Source: Acidimicrobiia bacterium
Lineage (GTDB): Bacteria > Actinomycetota > Acidimicrobiia > IMCC26256 > PALSA-555
NCBI GenBank assembly: GCA_040881685.1
Contig: JBBECS010000050.1
Span: forward strand, 9,779-73,778
Direction of reading: 5' to 3'
Length of the DNA stretch: 64,000 nucleotides
In this document: positions 22,280 through 31,023 of the stretch, piece by piece
Layout of the letters: every line of letters begins with the position of its first letter
How positions within the stretch are numbered: position 1 is the first letter of the stretch
Made by a program: the position numbers and the translations under genes
Notes under the pieces: generated by a model
Seen by the model: only the letters and a program-made list of their open reading frames with translations
What the model was told of the DNA's origin: nothing
The model's database searches: none

Positions 22280-23622
22280 GCACGATCGTGGCCATGTTGC
22301 CCGTGGTGGCGGTCGTCGGGCGTCCGAACGTCGGTAAGTCCACGCTCGTGAACCGCCTCGTCGGTCGTCGTGCCGCCATCGTCGAAGAACGGCCCGGCGT
22401 GACCCGCGACCGCAAGGAGCTGGTCGCGGACTGGCGAGACCGCGGGTTTCGGGTCGTAGACACCGGTGGCTGGCTCCCCGACGGAACGGCCACTGAGGAG
22501 TCGCGTGCGCTCACGCGGCAGGTCAGCGCACAGGCGGAGCGGGCAATCCGCGAGTCCGACGTGGTGATCCTCGTTGTCGACGCGGCTGTGGGTGTGGTCG
22601 AAGAGGACGCGCAGGTCGCGCGCATCCTCCAGCGCGCGAAGAAGCCCGTCCTCGTGGTGGCCAATAAGGTCGATGGGCAACGCCAGGAGGCCGACGCGTG
22701 GGCGTTCAGCCGCCTCGGGTTGGGCGAGCCGCTGCTCGTGTCGGCGGCACACGGTCGAGGCGCGGGAGACCTCCTCGATGCGATCGTGGCTGCCCTCCCT
22801 CCCGTCGTGCAGGACACGCCGGTCGAGGAAGACCCGGCATTCGCGGTGGCCATCGTCGGGCGCCCCAACGTCGGCAAGTCCACGCTGTTCAACCGCCTGG
22901 TCGGCGACGAGCGGGTGGTGGTGCACGACGAGCCCGGCACTACTCGCGATGCCATCGACACATTGCTCGACACACCAGATGGCCCGCTTCGCGTGGTCGA
23001 CACCGCGGGCATGCGACGGCGCAGCCGGGTCGATGAAGCCACCGAGCACTTCGGCGTCCTCCGCGCCCTCGAAGCCGTCGACCGTGCCGACGCCGCACTC
23101 TTCGTGATCGACGCGTCCGCCGGGGTCACCCACCAAGACCAACGCCTGGCCGAGCGCGTCGACGGGGCCGGCAGCGCCATCGTCGTCGTCTTGAACAAGT
23201 GGGACCTCCTCGACGACGACGCCGATCGCCGACGCGAGGTGCTGATCGACATTGCGGATCGGCTCTCCTTCCTGTCGTATGCGCCGGTCCTCAAGGTCTC
23301 GGCGCACACCGGCCGCGGCGTGGGGCAGCTGCTCCCCGCATTGCGCGAGGCCGAGGCCGCGTACCACCGGCGGATCCCGACGTCGGCGCTCAACAAGGTG
23401 CTCCAGGACGCCCAGGCGAGTCACGCACCCCCACCCACCAAGCGCCACCGACCGAAGATCCTCTACGCCACCCAAGGCGCGACGGACCCCCCGACGTTCA
23501 CGATCTTTGCCACCCATGACCTCCCAAAGCCGTACCTGCGCTACCTGGAGCGCAAGCTCCGGGAGGCCTTCGAGCTCGGCCCCACGCCCGTGAAGCTCCG
23601 GGTCCGGCGGCGCACGTCCTGA
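22276..23622 (+). CDS. der: Ribosome biogenesis GTPase Der/EngA
   Basis: Two G domains (GRPNVGKS twice, DTGG/DTAG, NKVD/NKWD) plus a C-terminal KH-like domain. Confidence 0.97.
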   Translation: MSTIVAMLPVVAVVGRPNVGKSTLVNRLVGRRAAIVEERPGVTRDRKELVADWRDRGFRVVDTGGWLPDGTATEESRALTRQVSAQAERAIRESDVVILVVDAAVGVVEEDAQVARILQRAKKPVLVVANKVDGQRQEADAWAFSRLGLGEPLLVSAAHGRGAGDLLDAIVAALPPVVQDTPVEEDPAFAVAIVGRPNVGKSTLFNRLVGDERVVVHDEPGTTRDAIDTLLDTPDGPLRVVDTAGMRRRSRVDEATEHFGVLRALEAVDRADAALFVIDASAGVTHQDQRLAERVDGAGSAIVVVLNKWDLLDDDADRRREVLIDIADRLSFLSYAPVLKVSAHTGRGVGQLLPALREAEAAYHRRIPTSALNKVLQDAQASHAPPPTKRHRPKILYATQGATDPPTFTIFATHDLPKPYLRYLERKLREAFELGPTPVKLRVRRRTS

Positions 23623-23626
23623 TCTC

Positions 23627-23659
23627 TTTCGGGGCCGGTTCAAGTCCGAGGCCCCGAAA
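23627..23659. terminator. Perfect 10-bp inverted repeat after der (terminator-like)
   Basis: TTTCGGGGCC-N13-GGCCCCGAAA. Confidence 0.5.
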
Positions 23660-23668
23660 TGCCGAAAC
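23640..23668 (+). promoter_or_regulatory. Possible sigma28 (FliA/WhiG)-type promoter for the tad cassette
   Basis: TCAAG-N16-GCCGAAAC. Confidence 0.4.
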
Positions 23669-24324
23669 CTCCGGAAAGTGGCGCGCGGCAGGAGTCGCAA
23701 CCGAGGGTCCGAGAAGACGTGGTTCGCAGGCGAGATCCAGAGCGGGGTTCGAGTCTCGTGGAGGCAGCGATCATCGCGCCCCTCGTCCTCCTCTTGATCT
23801 ACGGAGTGATGGAGACCGGCTACGCCTTCTTCGGTCGCCTCACGGTGAACAACATGAGTGTGGTCGGCGCCCGCTCAGGCTCCGGCGAGGCCAACGACGT
23901 CCTCGCGGACTTCGCGATCCTCCAAGCCGTCGAGAACGGCGCGACCGGCATGGGGACCAACGACATCACGATGGTGGTCGTCTATCGAGCGACGAGCCCC
24001 GACGACCGGGTGCCGGCCGCGTGCAAGACGGCCAGTGTGACGAACACTTCGGGGACACGGGGATGCAATCGCTATGTGAGCGGCGACCTGGCCCTCGACT
24101 CGGATCAGTTCGGTTGCATCGGCCCTCCTGGCCCGGGCACGAAAGTGGACAACTTCTGGTGCCCGACGACGCGGAAGACCGCACTCCAGGGAGCGAACGG
24201 CCCGCCGGACTACATCGGCGTGTACGTGGAGGCCGAGCACCAGAACCTGACCGGGATCATCGGGGAGAGCTTCACGTTCACGACCGACACGGTGATCCGC
24301 ATCGAGCCTCGGACGTTGACGTGA
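23659..24324 (+). CDS. tadE: TadE family pseudopilin (true start may be GTG ~23718)
   Basis: ERGSSLVEAAIIAPLVLLLIYG prepilin-like N-terminus; Cys-containing C-terminal domain. Confidence 0.85.
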   Translation: MPKPPESGARQESQPRVREDVVRRRDPERGSSLVEAAIIAPLVLLLIYGVMETGYAFFGRLTVNNMSVVGARSGSGEANDVLADFAILQAVENGATGMGTNDITMVVVYRATSPDDRVPAACKTASVTNTSGTRGCNRYVSGDLALDSDQFGCIGPPGPGTKVDNFWCPTTRKTALQGANGPPDYIGVYVEAEHQNLTGIIGESFTFTTDTVIRIEPRTLT

Positions 24325-24911
24325 GAAGGCGTCGCCGGTGGGGCGACGAGCGGGGAGCCGCCCTGATCGAGGTCGCCGTCACCCTGCCGCTGCTCGTGCT
24401 GATCGTGCTCGGGATCATCGAGTTCGGATCGGCATGGAGCAACAAGCTGAAGGTCGAGACCGCGGCTCGCGGCGGTGCGCGGGTGGGGAGCGGTCTCGGC
24501 GCCGACCGGATGGCCGACTACGGCGCGCTCCAGAGCGTCAAGTCGGTGCTCACCGACTTGGGGCTCGACAACGTCGACTACGTCGTTGTCTACAAGGCGT
24601 CTGATGCCGACGGCGACATCCCCACCGGATGCACTGGCTCAACACCGACGTCGCAGACGGGGAAGTGCAACGTGTACAGCGGCGCACAGCTCGGGAGCCT
24701 CACGCAGGCAGACTTCACCGGCACCACGAGCTGCGGTGGGGGCGCGCCCGATCACTTCTGGTGCCCGACTTCGCGCCAGAGCGTGCAGCACCTCGGGAAT
24801 GACTACGTCGGGGTGTGGATCAAGGCCAACTCCCAGACCCTGACCAACTTCTTCGGATCGCCGCTGGGTCTGCAGTCCGCTGCAGTCATGCGCCTCGAGC
24901 CGAAGGGGTAG
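24321..24911 (+). CDS. tadE: TadE family pseudopilin
   Basis: ERGAALIEVAVTLPLLVLIVLGIIEFG. Confidence 0.85.
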   Translation: MRRRRRWGDERGAALIEVAVTLPLLVLIVLGIIEFGSAWSNKLKVETAARGGARVGSGLGADRMADYGALQSVKSVLTDLGLDNVDYVVVYKASDADGDIPTGCTGSTPTSQTGKCNVYSGAQLGSLTQADFTGTTSCGGGAPDHFWCPTSRQSVQHLGNDYVGVWIKANSQTLTNFFGSPLGLQSAAVMRLEPKG

Positions 24912-24913
24912 CC

Positions 24914-26434
24914 GTGCGAGAGCGTCGATTTCTACGCAAGCGTTGCCGCGAAGAAGACGGGTTCGTGCTGGTGCTCGTCGCGATCATGTTGACGACGCTG
25001 CTGCTGTTCGCCGGGTTCGCGGTCGACTTCGGGAGCTGGTATGTGCGGGCCGGGGAGATCAAGCGCACAGCCGACGCGGCGGCACTGGCCGGCGTCGTGT
25101 GGATGCCTCAGTTCGATTCGGCTGAACAAGCGGCACTCGACGCCGCCGCTCGGAACGGCTTTGAGGACGGCGTAGAGAACATCCGCATCTGGGTGGAGGC
25201 GGTGACCGGGAACAACCGCCAGCTGCGGGTCACGATCACAGATACGGACGCCAAGCAGTTCTTCTCCAGCTTGGTGGCCCAGAGTCAGGCGATCTCGCGC
25301 GGTTCGCTGGCCGAATACGTCCTCCCGGTTCCGCTCGGGAGCCCGAAGAACACCTTCGGGACGGGCAACCTCCTCTCCACGGACCGGGAGAACTTCTGGG
25401 CGGCAGCCAACGGATACTGCGCGGGTCATGAGAGCGGCGACGACAAGCTCGCGTTCCACGAGTCGTATTCGACGTCGTCGGGTGCCAGCCAGTGCAACAA
25501 CGGATCCGAGGACTCGACCAGCTACGACCCGAGTGGCTACCTCTACGCGATCGAGCTGCCCTCGAACGCGTCGTCTCTCAACCTCGAGGTCTACGACGCG
25601 CCCTATTACACCTCGGGGTCACCCTCGGACCTCTCGGTCGCGAGCGGGTCGCAAGCCGTGACGACGATCTTCGAGGTCTACGACCGCAACACCACGCCTC
25701 TCGACCTCTCGAACCTGACGTTGCTCAGCACCTTCACGTACACCACGAACCAGTCGTCGTCGACGCTTCAGAACAATTGGGTGAGGCTCCAGACCTGGAC
25801 AAACCCGTCGGCTGGTCAGTACTACCTCCGAGCGCGGACGCTCGGAGGGCAGCTCAACAGCCGCGCCTCGAACGGGTTCGGCATCCGCGCGTTCACCGGG
25901 AGCTCGTTCTCGCAATGCACCACGATCATTGGTGCGACCGGCTACTCGGCGTCATGCCCGCAAGTGCACGGCGTCAGTGACATCTCGATCCTCGCGAACG
26001 GTCCGAGCACCACCGCCGACTTCTACCTGGCGCAGATCGATCCTGTGCATGCCGGGAAGACGATGCGCGTAACCCTGTTCGACGCCGGTGAGGGCTCCGA
26101 CACGCTGCGGATCATCGATCCCAACGGCAATGCCACGACCTTCGGCTGGTCCACACCGTGCAACCCGCCGACGCCGCCGACGGGAGGATGCAGCGGGAGT
26201 GGTACCTCCCTCAGCGTGTCCGGCACCGGAACCCAGCCGTACAGTGGCCTCAACAGCACGAGCAAGTACAACGACCGCTACATGGTCCTCGACATCGCTC
26301 TGCCCGCCAACTACGTGGGCCTCTACGGCACGAAGACGTGGTGGAAGGTGCGGTATACGGCGGGGAGCAACCCGACCGACCGAACGACCTGGTCGGTCAA
26401 CATCGTCGGTGACCCCGTCCACCTCGTGAAGTAG
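24914..26434 (+). CDS. TadG-like pilus-associated protein with a large Ser/Thr-rich C-terminal domain
   Basis: EDGFVLVLVA..FAVDFGSWY..ADAAALAG; C-terminal region rich in S/T/G/Y with several Cys. Confidence 0.8.
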   Translation: MRERRFLRKRCREEDGFVLVLVAIMLTTLLLFAGFAVDFGSWYVRAGEIKRTADAAALAGVVWMPQFDSAEQAALDAAARNGFEDGVENIRIWVEAVTGNNRQLRVTITDTDAKQFFSSLVAQSQAISRGSLAEYVLPVPLGSPKNTFGTGNLLSTDRENFWAAANGYCAGHESGDDKLAFHESYSTSSGASQCNNGSEDSTSYDPSGYLYAIELPSNASSLNLEVYDAPYYTSGSPSDLSVASGSQAVTTIFEVYDRNTTPLDLSNLTLLSTFTYTTNQSSSTLQNNWVRLQTWTNPSAGQYYLRARTLGGQLNSRASNGFGIRAFTGSSFSQCTTIIGATGYSASCPQVHGVSDISILANGPSTTADFYLAQIDPVHAGKTMRVTLFDAGEGSDTLRIIDPNGNATTFGWSTPCNPPTPPTGGCSGSGTSLSVSGTGTQPYSGLNSTSKYNDRYMVLDIALPANYVGLYGTKTWWKVRYTAGSNPTDRTTWSVNIVGDPVHLVK

Positions 26435-26523
26435 CGGACTCGGTCTGCTCGCGCCATTCGGGCGAGCATGTGACGAACATCGGTCACATCCAGGCTTTGA
26501 TCGACACATGCTGGAATGCGGGC

Positions 26524-26742
26524 ATGCCCTGGTGCACCGAGTGCGACCGCTTTCTGTCACCGTCGACGGTCCGCGCCGACGGTGCGTGCCCGGTCTGCGG
26601 CAAGCCCGTCGATCCCGAAGGCGGACGCGCCCGAGCGTTGCGGCGCATCCCATGGCATCTCAAGCTGCTGCTCGGCGTGTTCGCGCTCTACCTCGGATAT
26701 CGCATCGTGCAGGGCGTCGAGTGGCTGATCGGCGAGCTCTGA
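26524..26742 (+). CDS. Small zinc-ribbon membrane protein
   Basis: CTEC..CPVC followed by a C-terminal TM helix (PWHLKLLLGVFALYLGYR). Confidence 0.7.
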   Translation: MPWCTECDRFLSPSTVRADGACPVCGKPVDPEGGRARALRRIPWHLKLLLGVFALYLGYRIVQGVEWLIGEL

Positions 26743-26796
26743 GGAACGCAGTGAGCGGCCGGTAGCATCGTCGTCCCGGTGCGGCACCGAGCACCG

Positions 26797-26871
26797 CGGG
26801 CTGTGGCGCAGCTTGGTTAGCGCGTTGGTCTGGGGGACCAAAGGTCCCGGGTTCGAATCCCGGCAGCCCGA
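26797..26871 (+). tRNA. tRNA-Pro (GGG)
   Basis: CGGGCTG/CAGCCCG acceptor stem; TTGGT-CTGGGGG-ACCAA anticodon arm; GGTTCGAATCC T-loop; CCA not encoded. Confidence 0.97.
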
Positions 26872-26916
26872 CTCAAGACATCGCCCCCTTGTACGACGCG
26901 GGGAGACGTGGCTAGG

Positions 26917-26980
26917 TTCTCCACAGAAAGCGAGCCTTCGCTCACACGTCGTCCCCAGGTTGTCCACATGGCTGTCCACA
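26917..26980 (+). promoter_or_regulatory. Cluster of same-orientation DnaA-box-like 9-mers
   Basis: TTCTCCACA 26917, TCGTCCCCA 26949, TTGTCCACA 26960 (perfect actinobacterial box), CTGTCCACA 26972. Confidence 0.6.
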
Positions 26981-27408
26981 ACTCGGCACTCCCGTTGGGG
27001 AACGAGCGCGGCTGGTCGGCTCTGGCCCCCGCGGCCCGGCGCTGTCGCCGCTGCGGGATCGTGATCGGGTACGGCGACCGCTGCGACTTCTGCCTCGAGC
27101 ACCGGGGTGACCACTCGGACGAGCCGGGCCAGCACTTCGGCCGGCATCACACCGAGTGGATCCCCACCGTGGAGGCGCTCATCGGCCAAGGCGACCTCGA
27201 CGCGGCCGAGTTCCTGCTGTGGCGCCTCGTCGAGGCGACCGAAGCCGAGTCGCTCGTCGCGCAGGTGCCACCGCTCGAGCTGCACTTCCGCCGCCTCGGT
27301 TGGATCGCGCGCCAGCGCGGCGACGAGGCGCTCGCGACACGACTGCGGCATCGCATCGCCGAGTGCAAGGACGCGGCGGCTCGCGCCGCCAACCCCGACG
27401 CGAGCTAG
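26968..27408 (+). CDS. Hypothetical protein: CxxC-x9-CxxC knuckle plus helical domain (start uncertain; TTG 26995 is an alternative)
   Basis: CRRCGIVIGYGDRCDFC, then HHTEWIPTVEALIGQGDLDAAEFLLWRLVEATEAE. Confidence 0.65.
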   Translation: MAVHNSALPLGNERGWSALAPAARRCRRCGIVIGYGDRCDFCLEHRGDHSDEPGQHFGRHHTEWIPTVEALIGQGDLDAAEFLLWRLVEATEAESLVAQVPPLELHFRRLGWIARQRGDEALATRLRHRIAECKDAAARAANPDAS

Positions 27409-27433
27409 GAGACCGACTTCTAGGCTGCTCGTC

Positions 27434-28978
27434 GTGCCGTTGAGTCATCGATACCCGCGCGCCGCGTTGGCGACTCCGCACTACCTCGCGTCGGCAGCCG
27501 GCTACGCCACCCTCGCCGACGGCGGGAACGCAGTGGACGCAATCGTGGCCGCGAACCTCGCGCTCGGCGTGGTCGCGCCGTACTTCTGTGGCTACGGGGG
27601 CGACCTGTTCGTCATCGTGTGGGACGGCTCGCTCAGTGGCTACCTCGGGTCGGGACGGTCTCCCGCGGCGGCGACGATCGAGCGGGTGCAGGCTCGGGCG
27701 GGGCAGGCAGGGATGCCCGTGTTCGGTCCCGATTCGGTCACGGTCCCGGGTGCGGTGGCCGGCTGGTTCGACCTCCTCGATCGCTGGGGAACCCGAACCT
27801 TCGAGCAGCTGGCCCAGTTCGCGCTGCGCTATGCCGAAGACGGGTTCGAAGTCACGCCCGGCGGCGCGCGAGCCATCGCCGAGGGGCGTCAGATGTACCC
27901 CGGCTCGACGGCATGGCACGGCGTGTACGGCGACATGCAACGTGGTGACGTGCTGCGTCAGCCGGCGCTGGCCCGAACGATCGCGCGCCTGGCGAGCGAC
28001 GGACCCGACTCCTACTACCGAGGGCCGATCGGGGAGGCCATCGCCGTCGCGGTGAGCGAGAGCGGCGGCGACCTCGCACCGTCCGACCTCTCGTCGCACA
28101 CCGGCGAATGGGCAGACCCACTCCTCGCGCAGTACCGCGAGGTGGAAATCGCCGAGCTTCCCCCGCCGACCCAAGGTGTCACTGCGCTCGAGGCTTTGCG
28201 CATCCTCGACGCCGTGGGCTTGCCGACCGCGGCTGGCGAGCGTGAGCACGTGATGATCGAGGCGACGAAGCTCGCGCTCGCCGACCGCGACCGTTGGGTG
28301 ACCGACCCAACGACGATGCCGAGATCCGCGCTCGACTTGCTCACCGACGAGTGGGTGAAGTCCCGCGCGGACGAGATCGATCCGGCCCGAGCGACAACTC
28401 CCAGCGGAGGTGAACCGCAGCCCGGAGGGACCGCGTACCTGTGCGCGGCAGACGGCGACGGTCTGCTCGTGAGCCTCATCCAGTCGAACTTCGTCCACTT
28501 CGGATCGGGCGTCCACGTGGCGGAGTGGGGGATCAACCTCAACAACCGCGGCTTCTCGTTCTCACTCGATCCGCACCGCGTAAACGCGTATGCGCCGGCC
28601 AAGCGGCCGATGCACACCTTGATCCCGGCCATGGTCCTCCGGGACGGACAACCGAGCCTGGTGTTCGGGAGCATGGGTGGCGATGCGCAGGTGCCGGTGC
28701 ATGTGCAGCTGCTCGCGCGGATCATCGAGGCAGGGGAGGATCCCGCCGACGCCGTCGCGGCTCCGCGGTGGCGAGTCGATCCCGGTTCGTGGCACGTGCG
28801 CGCCGAGACGCGCTTCGAAGCGGACACGCTGGAGGCGTTGCGCGCGAAGGGCCACGCGGTCACCGAGACGAGCGCGTACGACATCAGCATGGGGCACGCA
28901 CACGCCGTCTGGCCGACTGGCAGCGGATGGGGTGCCACGTTCGATCCTCGCTCGGAGGGTGCCGCGCTCGGCTTGTGA
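27434..28978 (+). CDS. ggt: Gamma-glutamyltransferase family protein
   Basis: GGNAVDA, GYGGDLF, TVPG, SLIQSN, KRPMHTLIP, GSMGGDAQ, DPRSEG. Confidence 0.9.
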   Translation: MPLSHRYPRAALATPHYLASAAGYATLADGGNAVDAIVAANLALGVVAPYFCGYGGDLFVIVWDGSLSGYLGSGRSPAAATIERVQARAGQAGMPVFGPDSVTVPGAVAGWFDLLDRWGTRTFEQLAQFALRYAEDGFEVTPGGARAIAEGRQMYPGSTAWHGVYGDMQRGDVLRQPALARTIARLASDGPDSYYRGPIGEAIAVAVSESGGDLAPSDLSSHTGEWADPLLAQYREVEIAELPPPTQGVTALEALRILDAVGLPTAAGEREHVMIEATKLALADRDRWVTDPTTMPRSALDLLTDEWVKSRADEIDPARATTPSGGEPQPGGTAYLCAADGDGLLVSLIQSNFVHFGSGVHVAEWGINLNNRGFSFSLDPHRVNAYAPAKRPMHTLIPAMVLRDGQPSLVFGSMGGDAQVPVHVQLLARIIEAGEDPADAVAAPRWRVDPGSWHVRAETRFEADTLEALRAKGHAVTETSAYDISMGHAHAVWPTGSGWGATFDPRSEGAALGL

Positions 28979-29018
28979 ACCGCACCGAGCCGGCTCCCGC
29001 GGCGGTTACCATCGACGC

Positions 29019-29918
29019 GTGACCGACGTGAAGAACGTCGACGAAGTGCGCGAGGCACTCGCCGCGCACGACTATCTCGCCGACGAGGGCCTCGCCACGG
29101 CGATCTTCCTCGCGCTTCGACTCGAACGGCCGCTGCTGCTCGAAGGTGAGGCCGGTGTCGGCAAGACCGAAGTCGCCAAGGTGCTCGCACGCTGGACCGG
29201 CGGTGAGCTCGTTCGCCTCCAGTGCTACGAGGGCATCGACGCGGCGCAGGCCGTCTACGAATGGGACTACTCGCGTCAGCTGCTCCATCTCCGGGCGAGC
29301 GAGGCTGGTGGAGGCCCGGTCGACGAGGACGAGCTGTACTCCGAGCGGTTCCTCGTGCGGCGCCCGCTCTTGCGCGCCATCGCCCACAGCGGGAACCAGC
29401 CGCCGGTGCTCCTCGTCGACGAAGTCGACCGGGCGGACGACGAGTTCGAGGCGTTCCTGCTCGAGATCCTGTCTGACTACGCGATCACGATCCCCGAGCT
29501 CGGCACCTTCCGAGCCGAATCACCTCCGATCGTGGTGGTCACGTCGAATCGCACGCGCGACGTCCACGATGCGCTGAAGCGCCGCTGCCTGTACCACTGG
29601 ATCGGACACCCCGACTTCGAGCGCGAGCTTGCGATCCTCAGAGTGCGGGCGCCGGACGTGCGCGAGGAGCTCGCGCGCCAGGTCGCGGGTGCCGTGGAAG
29701 CACTGCGCGACCTCGACCTCTACAAGCCACCCGGCGTGGCCGAGACGATCGACTGGGCCCAAGCTGTCGCCGCGCTCGGGTCGACCACGCTCGATGCGGC
29801 AACCGTCGACGTCACGCTCGGCACGGTCCTGAAGTACCGCGAGGATCAGGAGCGCGCCCGCGCCCATGGGCTCGAGCTGCTGGTCCAGGCCGCAGCCACC
29901 ACCAACCGTGCCTCCTGA
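29019..29918 (+). CDS. MoxR-family AAA+ ATPase (CoxD-like)
   Basis: LLLEGEAGVGKTE, RLQCYEG, LVDEVDRAD, TSNRTR..DALKRRC. Confidence 0.92.
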   Translation: MTDVKNVDEVREALAAHDYLADEGLATAIFLALRLERPLLLEGEAGVGKTEVAKVLARWTGGELVRLQCYEGIDAAQAVYEWDYSRQLLHLRASEAGGGPVDEDELYSERFLVRRPLLRAIAHSGNQPPVLLVDEVDRADDEFEAFLLEILSDYAITIPELGTFRAESPPIVVVTSNRTRDVHDALKRRCLYHWIGHPDFERELAILRVRAPDVREELARQVAGAVEALRDLDLYKPPGVAETIDWAQAVAALGSTTLDAATVDVTLGTVLKYREDQERARAHGLELLVQAAATTNRAS

Positions 29919-31023
29919 GGCCGACGCCGACCGCGTCGCAGTTGCGTTCGCCCGCGTGCTGCGCGGTGCTGGCCTCGACGTGCCCGTCGGTTCGACCATC
30001 GCGTTCGGCGAAGCCCTCGCAGCAGTCGGCCTCGATCGCCGGGACGGGGTGTACTGGGCCGGGCACGCAACCCTGCTCCGGGGCCCGGAAGACCGCGAGA
30101 CTTACGACCGCGCGTTCGGCGTGTTCTGGGACGGCAAGGTCGGCATTGACGGGAGCACCGCCGAGCCCACGCCCTTGACGCTCGCGTTCGATGCCGATCA
30201 GGACGACGCCGACCACAACGCCGAGCCCGACGACGACGCGGCCGTGACGCTCGAGGTGCGATGGAGCCGCGCCGAGGTGCTGCGCCACCACGACTTCGCC
30301 GCTTACACGCATGCCGAGCTTGTCGAGGCACGTCGGATGATGGCCGACCTCCGACTCGCCGGTGCGTTGCGGCGCTCACGCCGGCGTCGACCGACCCGCC
30401 GCGAGCGCGGCCGTCCCGATCTGCGCCGGACGGTTCGCCGATCCTTGCGCTCGGCGGGCGAGCCGATCGACCGCGCGTTCTCGAGCCCGTCGCGGCGGCC
30501 GCGTCGGGTCGTCTTGCTGTGCGATGTGAGCGGCTCGATGGAGCCGTATGCCCGGGCGTTCCTGCGTTTCGTGCAAGCGGCGGTCGTCGGTCGGGGACGG
30601 GTCGAGGCCTTCGCCATCGGCACCCGACTCACGCGCATCACGCGGGAGCTGTCGTCGCGCGATCCCGACGCCGCACTCACCGCCGCGGCGCAACGTGTCG
30701 TCGACTTTTCCGGCGGCACCCGACTCGGCGAAGGCCTGCGGGCATTCAACGACCAATGGGGTGTGCGCGGCATGGCGCGCGGCGCGGTGATCGTGATCCT
30801 CTCTGACGGCTGGGATCGCGGCGATCCCTCGGTGCTCGGAGAGGAGATGGCCCGACTCGGACGCGTCGCGCACCGGATCGTGTGGGTGAACCCACTCAAG
30901 GCAACTCCCGAGTACGCCCCGCTCGCGCGCGGGATGGCTGCCGCCCTGCCCCACGTCGACGAGTTCGTCACCGGGCACTCGCTTGCCGCGCTCGAAGAGC
31001 TCGCCGAGGTGATCGGCAAGTGA
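29908..31023 (+). CDS. VWA domain protein (CoxE-like)
   Basis: PDLRRTVR, LCDVSGSM, SGGTRLG, LSDGWDRG, VWVNP. Confidence 0.9.
   Translation: MPPEADADRVAVAFARVLRGAGLDVPVGSTIAFGEALAAVGLDRRDGVYWAGHATLLRGPEDRETYDRAFGVFWDGKVGIDGSTAEPTPLTLAFDADQDDADHNAEPDDDAAVTLEVRWSRAEVLRHHDFAAYTHAELVEARRMMADLRLAGALRRSRRRRPTRRERGRPDLRRTVRRSLRSAGEPIDRAFSSPSRRPRRVVLLCDVSGSMEPYARAFLRFVQAAVVGRGRVEAFAIGTRLTRITRELSSRDPDAALTAAAQRVVDFSGGTRLGEGLRAFNDQWGVRGMARGAVIVILSDGWDRGDPSVLGEEMARLGRVAHRIVWVNPLKATPEYAPLARGMAAALPHVDEFVTGHSLAALEELAEVIGK

Noticed and set aside
23655-23710. Possible c-di-GMP-I riboswitch (GAAACC..GGAAA..CGCAA) before tadE
   Set aside because: The spacing and P2 elements do not fit; a sigma28-like promoter explains the sequence better.
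26797-27420. Integrated element at tRNA-Pro
   Set aside because: There is no integrase and no duplicated tRNA 3' end in the window.
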